Positions 16,868 to 26,573 of a DNA stretch of 64,000 bases are shown here, one piece after another. The position numbers and the translations under genes are program-made. Each line of letters begins with the position of its first letter. Within the stretch, counting starts at the first letter, position 1. The stretch covers positions 307,979-371,978 of the forward strand of contig JBAZWG010000001.1 in the NCBI GenBank assembly GCA_041660505.1, written 5' to 3'. Origin of the DNA: Minisyncoccota bacterium (GTDB lineage: Bacteria; Patescibacteriota; Minisyncoccia; Phycocordibacterales; JACRKE01). The notes beneath the pieces are model-generated. The model ran no database searches and was not told the origin of the DNA. It was given only the letters and a program-made list of their open reading frames with translations.

Positions 16868-19800
16868 CTACTTGAGCGAGGCTTTCAAGGCTTGCAGAGC
16901 CTTAAGAATACTGGCAAGTTGTAGATTCATACTCTTCGTATTTAACGATGCTGCCGCCGCCGTAACCGTAAAGTTAGCGGTAGCCCTTCCACCATCAGGG
17001 TTTGTGACAACAACTTCCTTGCTTCCGGCTGCGGTAATGTTGCTACCGAGTACTTGAGCAACCATCCAAGTGCTAGATCGTGCCCTTCCACTGCCATCCG
17101 ACGATAGAACTTGATTTACCGGCACTCCACCAAAGGTGACGGTGGAATTGAGGGCAAAGTTGGTTCCATTAATAGTTAGCCAGAAATATGAGGGGTTTGA
17201 GCCGGCAACGAGTGTTGCCGGAGAGAGCGAGGTGATGGTGGGAGTAGTGGCGGCAGGCGTGACAACCGTGAATACTGATGGTAGTCTCACATAGCCACCT
17301 GCGGACTGATAGACTATTAAACCATAACTGCCGGGTAGGAAATTGGTTGGTATATCCCAAGTCACACTATTGCCAGTAATATTTTGGGCAATATAGATAT
17401 TGCTTGGCCCCTCTGTCGCTAACGTAATAGGGCCTGTAGAACCGGCGGGTACTCTTGTAAAACCAACTGTTACCCTAGAGCCTGGATTTATTATGCTACC
17501 TGATGCTGGTGTGACTGTGATACCGCTTACCGAGGTGGTGGGGATGGGGGTAGCGGAGACCACTGTGTAATCCACTGTCACTGTATTCCCTATCTGTGCG
17601 CCTGACCTCTGCAATTTCCACTGTCGACTGATTGCTCCGAGATTACTCGTACCTTCAGTGAGGAATGTCACGGTGTAGCTTCCATCGCTATTTCGCACCA
17701 CCGTACTGCAGTTTGAATTACTCTGCAAAGAGATAGAACTGCACACCTGACCTCCGTTAAACTCCGGTCCTCTGTATAGATTAACATCGTTACCCCACAC
17801 CGCCGTACCTGTGTTTTTCACAGTGATAGTCGGTCGGAATGTACTGTTTTGAACCACATTTTTGTTCGCCGGAACTCCACCTACTGTGAGAGTCGCTTGA
17901 TAGGTAGGTTCAGCGACAACTGGGGCTCCATACTGCACATCGGCCTGGTAGTACCAACCTGACACCTGCGTGTCACCGTTATATGCGACTACGACATAGT
18001 GATATTTTGTTCCAAGTACCAGAGTCCTGCCGTTACTACCTGTATCTACACAAGATGGCGCATTCGGGCTGAAGCCGATGGCACAGTCAGTGCTAACGTC
18101 AGACCAGAAATCCTTACGGTCAGAGAGACTCCCGTCTGTCGGGCTAACGACATAGCGCAAGAAAGCGTATCTGTTGTAATTTGGGTGCTTAGGCCAAGTG
18201 AAGGTTATCTTGCCGGCGGTTGTGTCTGCGACTGCTGTGGCGGTGGTCGGTACGGTCTGGGTAGCATCGATAATAATATTCCTTATAGAGGAACATGTGG
18301 TCAAATTCTTTTTACATACGCGTATCTGTAGATTTCCAACAGGAGTATCGCCGCCAGTACCCAGATTCAATGCACCAAGACCTAATTGGATATCGGCCAC
18401 AGAAGTGTTCCAATTTGTAGCACTTGCAGCTTTATATTGAACCGTGGCTAATTCAGTTGAAGAAATTTCGAGAAATGACCACGTTAGTGACACTGATTGA
18501 CCCATAGTGACATGAGCACCCTCAATAGGATTATTTATGGTAATAGACCCCATGATTGTTGGTGTCGTTCCATACACCACATCGGCTTGATATGAGTATT
18601 CACTTGTAGGAACTTGGCTTATGTAGCCGTTCCATGCATATACTTTGTATCGATATTTTGTTCCAAGCACTAGACCTGATTTGTCGACACAAGACGGTGA
18701 GTTACGATCGAAAGAGTTTGAACTGGTTGTGCTTGAACATTCACCAGTGTCTGACCATAAATATTTTTCCACGGCAGATTCCGTACCAGCTGAATTTACC
18801 GTCCTGCGAGAAACAACATATCTATTGTATGTCGGGTGCTTCGGCCAAGTGAATGTAACCTTACCGGCGGTTGTGTCTGCGACCGCGGAAGCCGTTAGGG
18901 TTGTTGGGTTGTTGATTGTAATACCGTCTGTTTTTGCCGTTGCGATTATTAAGCCTTCGGGATGGACCGTGGCATCAGCGAGGGCGATACTAAGCAGATA
19001 TTCACCTGCTGGGATTGCATTAGTATTCGGTAAAGTCCAGCTCATTGTCCCGGCTGATGCGATTGGATGAGCACTCAAACCGACGTCTTGCTGTGGTAGC
19101 CCGGTGTCGCTACCTACTGGATACAGCGATACCACCACAAATAGATTATGATTTGTCGGCAAATTTGTAGTCGTCCAATTTACTGCGTAAGTAGCACCTT
19201 TCTGTAAACGGTTGCCACCGCTCGGTCCAGTAATTGTGATTGTCGGGGAAACCGGCGCTGTCGCAGTCAGGCGGGTCCCTGTACCGTATACAGTCCCTGC
19301 GGAACGCAATTGAATCAAACCTGCATCTGCGCTGTCGATCTTTCCGTCATCGTTTACATCACACGACCTACTGGCCGGACATGAGAATCCGGGTTTATTT
19401 ATGGAAAGGTTGTACATAAACGACACATCCGTGCTGGTGAATGCGCCGTCGCCGTTCACATCAAATGTTGAATCGGGAACATTAATGACTCCATTGTCCA
19501 ATCTGGCTCCCTGACCAAACTTAGCTTGCGAAAGCCTCGATGCCATGAGTGCCGTATCGCTGTCGTCCACTTTTCCATCTCCATTCAAATCACACTTCTC
19601 TATCGTACAGACAGATGTTTTGCCGAGAGTGAAGTTGATTATATTCTGCTGATCTGAAGAATCTACTCTGCCGTTTGCATTTATATCGAGAGCACTGTCG
19701 AGAAGTTTGATGTCTCCGGTGTTTGTCGGGACAAAACGTGCACCGGTACCAAATATCATGTTGGTGCCCATAGTTCTGTAAACCATAAGCTGTGAGTCAA

Positions 19801-20722
19801 CTATGTCAACAACACCGTCTTTGTTTAGATCGCACTTATTGGGCGTGCAAGCAGACTGCGTGCCGGCAATATAATTCTCTAAGGTTTGTACATCACTAGG
19901 AGAGACTCTTCCGTCGTTGTTTAGATCCAAATTAGCATCCGGCACGAGAATCTGTGCCACAGGCAGAACAGGCGTCTTTCCCGCTATATAATTTTGAATT
20001 ACCTTCAGGTCAATTTGGTCTACTCTAGTATCACCGTTTAAATCACAAGAGAGAATTGGGCATGTCTCTTGTCCATTAATAACTTTCTTCATGAGGTCAA
20101 TACTGCGCTGGTCTGCATGCCCTGTACCGGCTAGGTCATAATTCTGAAGAAGGTAGAACTGCGGTACGGCGATACTGCCTGCAGATGTCTCGATGGTAAC
20201 CTGACATGCCGGCGGGGTACCGCCTGCCGTATTCGCGCGCGGACAATCCGGAGTCTCGTGCAATTCCGGAATGACGAATTGGAGTCTTGTGCCATTACCG
20301 GTCGAGGAGACGTTCTCTACCCGCTTGCCGCCTATGACTACCGTGTCGGTAGCGTCGAAGTTGCGTCCGGTGATTACCACTGTCATGCCCGGCTCGCCCA
20401 TATAAGGCGTTATTGCAAAAACGGTTGGTTTGGAAGTCAGTAATCCTTGCAATGACTGGATGGCACTATAGAGTGCGGAGCTGATGAGGTTTTCGTAGTT
20501 TATTCTCTGGGTGTTTGTAATCTCGGGCGAATTGCGGACAAGATCGAGTAGATCATAGCCAGTAGTAATACTATTACAGGCCGACCGCATGCCGGCAGAC
20601 GGATTGTTGGCCAGAATAGTTGTGCATTGGCTCCGCGCATCGGCAGACACGCTGTGCGGGAATACGGTAACAGACACGAAAACAAGACCTGCCAGAAGGA
20701 GGCCTCCTAAAAGTTTTTTCAT
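16868..20722 (-). CDS. Large secreted surface protein with IPT/TIG, dockerin/EF-hand-like DxNxDG repeats and Ig/Fn3-like modules
   Basis: Signal peptide MKKLLGGLLLAGLVFVS from ATG 20722; repeated DLNGDG motifs; duplicated AVADTTAGKxTFTWPKHP module. Confidence 0.85.
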   Translation of the reverse strand: MKKLLGGLLLAGLVFVSVTVFPHSVSADARSQCTTILANNPSAGMRSACNSITTGYDLLDLVRNSPEITNTQRINYENLISSALYSAIQSLQGLLTSKPTVFAITPYMGEPGMTVVITGRNFDATDTVVIGGKRVENVSSTGNGTRLQFVIPELHETPDCPRANTAGGTPPACQVTIETSAGSIAVPQFYLLQNYDLAGTGHADQRSIDLMKKVINGQETCPILSCDLNGDTRVDQIDLKVIQNYIAGKTPVLPVAQILVPDANLDLNNDGRVSPSDVQTLENYIAGTQSACTPNKCDLNKDGVVDIVDSQLMVYRTMGTNMIFGTGARFVPTNTGDIKLLDSALDINANGRVDSSDQQNIINFTLGKTSVCTIEKCDLNGDGKVDDSDTALMASRLSQAKFGQGARLDNGVINVPDSTFDVNGDGAFTSTDVSFMYNLSINKPGFSCPASRSCDVNDDGKIDSADAGLIQLRSAGTVYGTGTRLTATAPVSPTITITGPSGGNRLQKGATYAVNWTTTNLPTNHNLFVVVSLYPVGSDTGLPQQDVGLSAHPIASAGTMSWTLPNTNAIPAGEYLLSIALADATVHPEGLIIATAKTDGITINNPTTLTASAVADTTAGKVTFTWPKHPTYNRYVVSRRTVNSAGTESAVEKYLWSDTGECSSTTSSNSFDRNSPSCVDKSGLVLGTKYRYKVYAWNGYISQVPTSEYSYQADVVYGTTPTIMGSITINNPIEGAHVTMGQSVSLTWSFLEISSTELATVQYKAASATNWNTSVADIQLGLGALNLGTGGDTPVGNLQIRVCKKNLTTCSSIRNIIIDATQTVPTTATAVADTTAGKITFTWPKHPNYNRYAFLRYVVSPTDGSLSDRKDFWSDVSTDCAIGFSPNAPSCVDTGSNGRTLVLGTKYHYVVVAYNGDTQVSGWYYQADVQYGAPVVAEPTYQATLTVGGVPANKNVVQNSTFRPTITVKNTGTAVWGNDVNLYRGPEFNGGQVCSSISLQSNSNCSTVVRNSDGSYTVTFLTEGTSNLGAISRQWKLQRSGAQIGNTVTVDYTVVSATPIPTTSVSGITVTPASGSIINPGSRVTVGFTRVPAGSTGPITLATEGPSNIYIAQNITGNSVTWDIPTNFLPGSYGLIVYQSAGGYVRLPSVFTVVTPAATTPTITSLSPATLVAGSNPSYFWLTINGTNFALNSTVTFGGVPVNQVLSSDGSGRARSSTWMVAQVLGSNITAAGSKEVVVTNPDGGRATANFTVTAAAASLNTKSMNLQLASILKALQALKASLK

Positions 20723-20770
20723 AATATATTGTTGCCTCGATGGGCTAATTAATTGCACTAAATATAATAA

Positions 20771-20814
20771 TAAAGAGACGAGGTAAGTGTACCTCGTCTC
20801 TTTAGATGTGACAA
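20771..20814 (-). promoter_or_regulatory. Promoter TTGTCA-17-TACACT with the -10 at the centre of a perfect 15-bp inverted repeat
   Basis: TAAAGAGACGAGGTA-N4-TACCTCGTCTCTTTA (20771-20804). Confidence 0.65.
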
Positions 20815-20825
20815 GTTGATAAAAA

Positions 20826-21239
20826 TTACAGCGTTGTTTCGATAATTTCAACAAATTCTTCGATATCTCGGTATCGCTTCGTGAGCACATCGTACAGAAT
20901 GTCATAATTCACTTTTACATAATCATGCGCTATCACATTTCGAAATCCGACCATTTTCACCAATCTTTCCGATAGGTCATGCGGAATAACGTTATTCTCA
21001 TCGAGAACATAGAATGTTTCGCTCAAGGTGGTCGGCTTCCTTAATCTCTTGTAAGCAACTACCGCCTCGGCAAGATCGATCGTACTCTGGGCCATGAGAT
21101 ACAAATACCGCTCCACGGCTCCGCGTATCGTTTCATCAGCTACAATTTCTTCTTGTGATAACGTTCGATATCGGGCAATGGCTGTCAGATACTTACGCAC
21201 AAAGCCGATCATATTTTCAAGCACTATTTTATTCGACAT
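20826..21239 (-). CDS. HEPN (DUF86/HepT-like) RNase toxin
   Basis: RNVIAHDY matches RX4HXY; overlaps the upstream MNT gene. Confidence 0.9.
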   Translation of the reverse strand: MSNKIVLENMIGFVRKYLTAIARYRTLSQEEIVADETIRGAVERYLYLMAQSTIDLAEAVVAYKRLRKPTTLSETFYVLDENNVIPHDLSERLVKMVGFRNVIAHDYVKVNYDILYDVLTKRYRDIEEFVEIIETTL

Positions 21240-21633
21240 ATACTTTTTTTGTTAAGCCATGGCGCAATAGTATCTTCCGAAAATCAAAATATTCATTTAA
21301 AATCTTTGGTTCTGTAAGTACACGGAACGGTTCACGCTCAAAGATAATCTCTCCTTCGGCAATAGCCGCATACTTGAGTTCTGGAGAAATAGCATCGTTC
21401 AAGATCACAAGGTCAACGGCGTCGACTTTTAGAATGTAAGATAGGTCGGCTAAGAGCTTGAGTTTGAGGTCGCTCCGTTCTAGCGAAGACAGTTTATCGA
21501 ACTGGACGGCGAAGTCATAATCGCTCATCGGCCCCGCGTCGCCGCGCGCGCGCGAGCCGAAGAAGTACGCAACAACTACTTGCGGGCAGGCGCTAAAGAC
21601 CTCTGTTATCTTACGTTTGGTGGCAGTATCCAT
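21229..21633 (-). CDS. Minimal nucleotidyltransferase (MntA-like antitoxin)
   Basis: GSRARGDAGPMSDYD matches GSX10DXD; VDLVILN. Confidence 0.9.
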   Translation of the reverse strand: MDTATKRKITEVFSACPQVVVAYFFGSRARGDAGPMSDYDFAVQFDKLSSLERSDLKLKLLADLSYILKVDAVDLVILNDAISPELKYAAIAEGEIIFEREPFRVLTEPKILNEYFDFRKILLRHGLTKKVYVE

Positions 21634-21645
21634 AGTGTTAGTCCT

Positions 21646-21689
21646 AAAACAGACAAGGCCATTGTACCTTGTCTGTTTTGTTATCACAA
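21646..21689 (-). promoter_or_regulatory. Promoter TTGTGA-17-TACAAT with the -10 in the loop of a 13-bp inverted repeat (probable operator)
   Basis: AAAACAGACAAGG-CCATTGTA-CCTTGTCTGTTTT (21646-21679). Confidence 0.65.
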
Positions 21690-21704
21690 GTTTATACTAC
21701 TTTC

Positions 21705-24575
21705 TTACTTCACCATTGCCTTGAGCGCCCGCAGCGCAGAGATGATACTCGCGAGTTGCGAGGATGCGGTGGCCGTACTAGATGGCGTAGCGCCTGCCTT
21801 GTTAGACCAGCCAGTGAGTGCTGTATCATTTTGCCAAGCGGAGACCGCATAGTAATAGGTAGTGCCATTGGTCAGACCCGTATCGGTATAGCTTGTCGCT
21901 CCGCCTTCTACCCAGATTACTTGAATAGGGTCAGTCCCCCAGCGCATCGTTGACACCGTACTTCGGTATAGCGAGTATTTCGTTGCGTTAGGATAAGTGC
22001 TCCAAGAAAGCGAGATTCTACCATTACCAACAGTCGGCACGTTCACAACCGGCGTACCGGATATTGCAGAATCGGCGAACGGGGCGGGCGCAAGAACAGT
22101 AAGAGCCGATTGTGCCGAAGCAACCGTTGTGGCAAGTGTACCCATACAATAGCCGAAACAGGCATTGCTTGGCGTGTACAATACTGCGCGTAACGATGTT
22201 TGCCCGGCAGACAGATTACACAAAGTTTCCACATCTGCAAGACACTGTCCGTTCAATGCAGGCACTTGCCAAGTACGCGTTCCGCTCGTAGACAATCCGT
22301 CACCGATAGATTGATGAAATGGCTGATTGCCAACCAAGAGCCTTACAGCACTGTCTGCTGGCGCATTGGTTGATTGCCAAGAAATAGTTACTGTATCGCC
22401 CGGACAAACGGACGTACTACTTAAGTTCGTAATTGCAATAGACGGTGTCGCAGCGGTTGGGGCCGTCATGCTCGCGATATTACTTGCAGAGTTCTGTGTC
22501 GAACGGTCTGGCCCAAGCGGGAATAATTTATAATAATATGTGCCTGTCCAACCGGCCGCACGATGATCGGTGAATGATGTGGCGGAGGGAGACAAACCGA
22601 ATGCCAGCGCCTTGGTGGCAGTGTTGTTGAGCGGAACCGAAGAATCTGATGAAATATAAAGGTCGTAACCCTGTGCGCCTGAAGCTGGCGACCATGCTAC
22701 CAGAACACTCGTACCATCACTTTGCACAGATGCATGCAGGTCGGTAACATAAGCGGGACGAACGGGCGTACCGGACGTGACGTTAAAGGTTACGCTCCAT
22801 GTGCCCGAGTTCGTATAACTGATAGAATTTACTGTAATGTTTACCGGCGTGAATCCGGAAGCCACGCCGATATTCTTCGTCTGTCCTTCATAGAGATAGT
22901 CTGAATCCGCGAGTAATGTACCCGCACTGGTATAGAACTTAAACTTCACTTCAATCGGTCCATCACCGCCCATAGAATCCGCACTGTCTGCGTAGAGAAC
23001 CAGGCCATTATTGAGGAGGAGCGAGTCCCAGCTATGCAGTGTCTTCGTACCCTCACCGGTAAAGGTTGGGGTAACTGTAAATGTTTTACAGAAGTCGGTA
23101 GGATTAGTGCTTGAGAAGTCAATTCGAGCGCACACAGTATTAGGACCGGGAAGTGTCAAGCCAGAGGTGGCGGTACGTTGCGTAGTCGCACCGGGCGCAA
23201 TAGTCGGAATCGTGTCGGTTGATCCATTCAAGGTAAAGCTCGTCGGCACAGACGCAGTTGTCCCGTTATTCTTTATGGTTGCCGTCCAGGTAGCAGTCAC
23301 CCCGCCCAAAATCGGGTTGGCACTGGCCGTAATGTCAATGACACTAAGACCCGAGCTCGATGTGCCGCCGGTGATAGTAAACGGTGCATCGCTCTTATCT
23401 TCCACAGTGCCCGTGCCATCGCTCTTGTAGCCGATGATATAAATCTTGAAGATTGCACCGTTGCCCAAGTCACTCGCGGAGATAAACTGCGAAGGAACCC
23501 ACGAAAGGCTCCCTTGTCCTCCTATGCCTCCCACAGAGATATCGCGTCCAATCCAGGCGTAGGATGCATCATTGCGATAGAGCGCAATGGATACGCTGGA
23601 AAGATTGTTTGGTGCGTATGTAATCGTCTGATTGCCGGACAACGAGAAAGACTCACCGCCATTCGGAGAGATTACCTTAATACTTGCAGGCTGATTGTTG
23701 ATAACTACACCAGCAGGGCCATTAACATAGTCGCCCGCGGTCCCTTCTACTGGACTGGATGAATTGCACCACAACGAGACACTATAGGTATTTGGAGTTA
23801 TGTGTAAGGTTCGACTTCCGGAGGATCCGACATTGTCGTATTGCACATATTCAGCATTTTGATTGCTGTTTACACTCATTGAACAGTTAGCGGCATTGGA
23901 TGACCACGTCGCAGATACATCACGGCCGGCTGCAGGGACACTCGTGATCGCATTGTGCGAACCGTCAAGACTCAAAGTTGCGTGGATCGTCCCGGTTGAA
24001 ACCAATCTAAACGGATTATTACTGCGATCGGTTTCGCCGGTCACCGTATTCACAAGGCGGACATAATAGCCATCGCCGGGAGTTGGTAGGTTACCATAGG
24101 TATCCAAATCGCCAGACCAGTGGATTGAGGCCTTGCCTGACTCGATAATCTTGCCGAGGGTTATAAAATTGCCGTTCACTCGCTTCTCAAGATAAGCGTT
24201 TACTTGTGAAATTGCCGGGTTGATACCATTGTCCGGATCATACGGTGTCCATAATATGGTGTGGGTGTCACCGAGTTGCCACTGTTCACCGCCGTTTGGC
24301 ACGGTCAGCCTAAGCGACGAACTCTGTCTCCAACCTCCGCCTCCTTGCCCTTGTGCAATGAGCTGATTAACTAATACCTGGAGTGCCAGCGCCTGCTTTA
24401 ACAAATTAACTTGGGCCTGGAGTTCTGCAACGGTGCCACCGGGCATACTGTACACTTCATTTATTAATGCTTGTACCTGCGCTTGCAACTCTGCTGCCGT
24501 CGCCGCGTGAACTGCCGGCGCGCCGGACACGAAAACAAGACCTGCCAAAAGGAGGCCTCCTAAAAGTTTTTTCAT
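21705..24575 (-). CDS. Secreted multi-Ig/CARDB/Fn3 surface protein
   Basis: Same signal peptide as the 16868 gene; helical N-domain; PNGGE Ig starts; Fn3 signature YTDTGLTNGTTYYY. Confidence 0.85.
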   Translation of the reverse strand: MKKLLGGLLLAGLVFVSGAPAVHAATAAELQAQVQALINEVYSMPGGTVAELQAQVNLLKQALALQVLVNQLIAQGQGGGGWRQSSSLRLTVPNGGEQWQLGDTHTILWTPYDPDNGINPAISQVNAYLEKRVNGNFITLGKIIESGKASIHWSGDLDTYGNLPTPGDGYYVRLVNTVTGETDRSNNPFRLVSTGTIHATLSLDGSHNAITSVPAAGRDVSATWSSNAANCSMSVNSNQNAEYVQYDNVGSSGSRTLHITPNTYSVSLWCNSSSPVEGTAGDYVNGPAGVVINNQPASIKVISPNGGESFSLSGNQTITYAPNNLSSVSIALYRNDASYAWIGRDISVGGIGGQGSLSWVPSQFISASDLGNGAIFKIYIIGYKSDGTGTVEDKSDAPFTITGGTSSSGLSVIDITASANPILGGVTATWTATIKNNGTTASVPTSFTLNGSTDTIPTIAPGATTQRTATSGLTLPGPNTVCARIDFSSTNPTDFCKTFTVTPTFTGEGTKTLHSWDSLLLNNGLVLYADSADSMGGDGPIEVKFKFYTSAGTLLADSDYLYEGQTKNIGVASGFTPVNITVNSISYTNSGTWSVTFNVTSGTPVRPAYVTDLHASVQSDGTSVLVAWSPASGAQGYDLYISSDSSVPLNNTATKALAFGLSPSATSFTDHRAAGWTGTYYYKLFPLGPDRSTQNSASNIASMTAPTAATPSIAITNLSSTSVCPGDTVTISWQSTNAPADSAVRLLVGNQPFHQSIGDGLSTSGTRTWQVPALNGQCLADVETLCNLSAGQTSLRAVLYTPSNACFGYCMGTLATTVASAQSALTVLAPAPFADSAISGTPVVNVPTVGNGRISLSWSTYPNATKYSLYRSTVSTMRWGTDPIQVIWVEGGATSYTDTGLTNGTTYYYAVSAWQNDTALTGWSNKAGATPSSTATASSQLASIISALRALKAMVK

Positions 24576-24627
24576 GATATGTTGTTGCCCTGAAGGGTAA
24601 TTAATTGACAATGTGCTTATAATATCA

Positions 24628-24637
24628 CCCCCCCCCC
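24628..24637 (-). promoter_or_regulatory. G10 tract in the promoter spacer of the surface-protein gene
   Basis: Minus strand reads TTGTGACTCGCC-G10-TGATATTAT. Confidence 0.55.
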
Positions 24638-24784
24638 GGCGAGTCACAAGGGGACAAATGCGAATTTCAGATCATTTTAAAGACAAAACTGCTGGTTTTA
24701 TCTCCCGCACATATCTCTCATATACCGGAATGATCGAGCAATGACAAATATTTCTCGGCATTCTCTCTGTGTATAATATTGATT

Positions 24785-25174
24785 TTATAGTGTTTGTAAA
24801 TACTGACGCCTTAATGCCAGCAACTTCTTTGATTCCCAATAAAGATCATACACGTACACGGCAAAACGGTCGAACCACCCGGGCTCGCGTTCATAGAGCA
24901 ATATCCCATCCTCTATAGCTCCTCGTTGATATATCGGCGACATTTGGGCTAGTTGTGCAACTTCGACATCTATAGCCATCTTTTGAGAGATTGCCGCCGC
25001 AATCTGACCGACTTCAATTGTGCTAAGTTCAGATTTTACAGCAATACCGATATCAATATCACTTAATCTATTCGCATCCCCTCTCGCTTGCGAACCGAAG
25101 AGAATCGCCGCCTGTAAATCATACTGCGGGGCTATTTCGGCGATAGTTTTCCGTAATAATTCCGTATCTATCAT
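24785..25174 (-). CDS. Minimal nucleotidyltransferase without an intact HEPN partner
   Basis: GSQARGDANRLSDID. Confidence 0.85.
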   Translation of the reverse strand: MIDTELLRKTIAEIAPQYDLQAAILFGSQARGDANRLSDIDIGIAVKSELSTIEVGQIAAAISQKMAIDVEVAQLAQMSPIYQRGAIEDGILLYEREPGWFDRFAVYVYDLYWESKKLLALRRQYLQTL

Positions 25175-25219
25175 ATCTACCAGTATATTGCCTTTCTAGC
25201 CTTGGCGCAAGAAGAAATT

Positions 25220-26494
25220 CTAGTAGCTATAATACGCCGATGTCGTAAACGTATTGATCGGGCTGTAGACCGGTGTGCCGGTGCTAAGTGATGCGACTAG
25301 GCGGTATTGATACACAGTACCCGGCTGGAGATATGTGACCGGCGCGCTCACAGGTATTATGCCGGCCTGGAAGGTATTGTTGGTCTTGTTCGTGCGCATG
25401 ACGGTGTTTGCATTGGTCACATCGGTGCCATATTCGAACCATGTCCAGACGGTGTCACCGCTTGTGTTGGTGAGATTGACGGTGCCGTTAACAGTCGCGC
25501 TGTTTGGCGTGATGTTTGTTGCTTGGGTTGTCGCTGTAGAGCTAATCGCGCTCGTCACGACATTATTGTAGCCGTAGTTATATCCATACGCGTTGGTCGG
25601 TGTAGTTACAACAACCGGTGCCGACACCACAGAAACTTGCGAACAGTCGCTCGTAACACACGCGTAAACTACGTAGGTATGCGTACTGTTGGGAACCAAG
25701 TTACTAACCTGCAACGTTTTATTGGATGTAACTGATATCACACTAGACTGATTGTTCGGCAAGACCTCTACAACCTTGAACGAATAGATACCCGTCGTGT
25801 TATACCAAGTCAGCACAACGGAATTCGGCATAAGGGATGACGCCGTAAGGCTAAATGGTGCGCCAGCCGTTACCACTGACACGCCGTTATATCCGGTCGT
25901 CCCATTATCTACTTGGAAATAGAGCGTATTACTGCCGGTGCCGTCTGGCTTACGCAAGCGAACACCGTAGTTCCCCGGTGTGACCGGTGATGCGCAGGCG
26001 TTCTGATCTATCGAAGGATTGGAGCAAGGATATTTGATCGTCGTTGGGAAGATGAAGCCGAAGCCCGGGTCGACTACGTCGACAGTAACATAAGACTGCC
26101 CCGGCGGGATAATTTCTATCCTGTCATTCACGGTGATGTTACTGCCCTGGAAGTTGACTCGGACGCCGGCCATACCTGATGACGGCGAGAGCATTGAGAG
26201 ATACGGCGCCGGCAAAGAAATGACCGGCGGTGTCATCGGCGGGTAATTCGTGGTGCCAGACTGGGAGTTGGTATAGCTCGCGTTATTGACTTGAAGTTGT
26301 AACTGGAGCGCCTGTTGGAGGAGCTGAATCTTCTGGGTCAATTGTTCATTGGTGTCGCTAGGTAGTGACTGCACAAGATTCAAAATATACTGCACCTGCG
26401 CCTTCTGGCTGTCCATTGTAGGGTTATACATCTGGGCCGAGGCCGTAAGAGGCAAGAGCATCGCGCACAAAATATAAAGGGTGTATTTTTTCAT
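25220..26494 (-). CDS. Secreted IPT/Fn3 surface protein
   Basis: Signal peptide; helical N-domain shared with the 21705 and 60965 proteins; Fn3-like LQPGTVYQYRLVA. Confidence 0.8.
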   Translation of the reverse strand: MKKYTLYILCAMLLPLTASAQMYNPTMDSQKAQVQYILNLVQSLPSDTNEQLTQKIQLLQQALQLQLQVNNASYTNSQSGTTNYPPMTPPVISLPAPYLSMLSPSSGMAGVRVNFQGSNITVNDRIEIIPPGQSYVTVDVVDPGFGFIFPTTIKYPCSNPSIDQNACASPVTPGNYGVRLRKPDGTGSNTLYFQVDNGTTGYNGVSVVTAGAPFSLTASSLMPNSVVLTWYNTTGIYSFKVVEVLPNNQSSVISVTSNKTLQVSNLVPNSTHTYVVYACVTSDCSQVSVVSAPVVVTTPTNAYGYNYGYNNVVTSAISSTATTQATNITPNSATVNGTVNLTNTSGDTVWTWFEYGTDVTNANTVMRTNKTNNTFQAGIIPVSAPVTYLQPGTVYQYRLVASLSTGTPVYSPINTFTTSAYYSY

Positions 26495-26536
26495 ACACAT
26501 AGTTTAGCGCTTTTGAGTACGCTCTGCAACCAGTTT

Positions 26537-26571
26537 CCCCTCTCCTTCGGGGAGGGGCGCAGGGGGAGGGG
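26537..26571. repeat. Family D repeat CCCCTCTCCTTCGG.GAGGG... after fusA
   Basis: Related copy at 62764-62794. Confidence 0.7.
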
Positions 26572-26573
26572 CT

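Noticed and set aside
20723-20905. 61-aa N-terminal extension of the large surface protein overlapping the HEPN gene
   Set aside because: The signal peptide and the 5' region shared with the paralog begin at ATG 20722.
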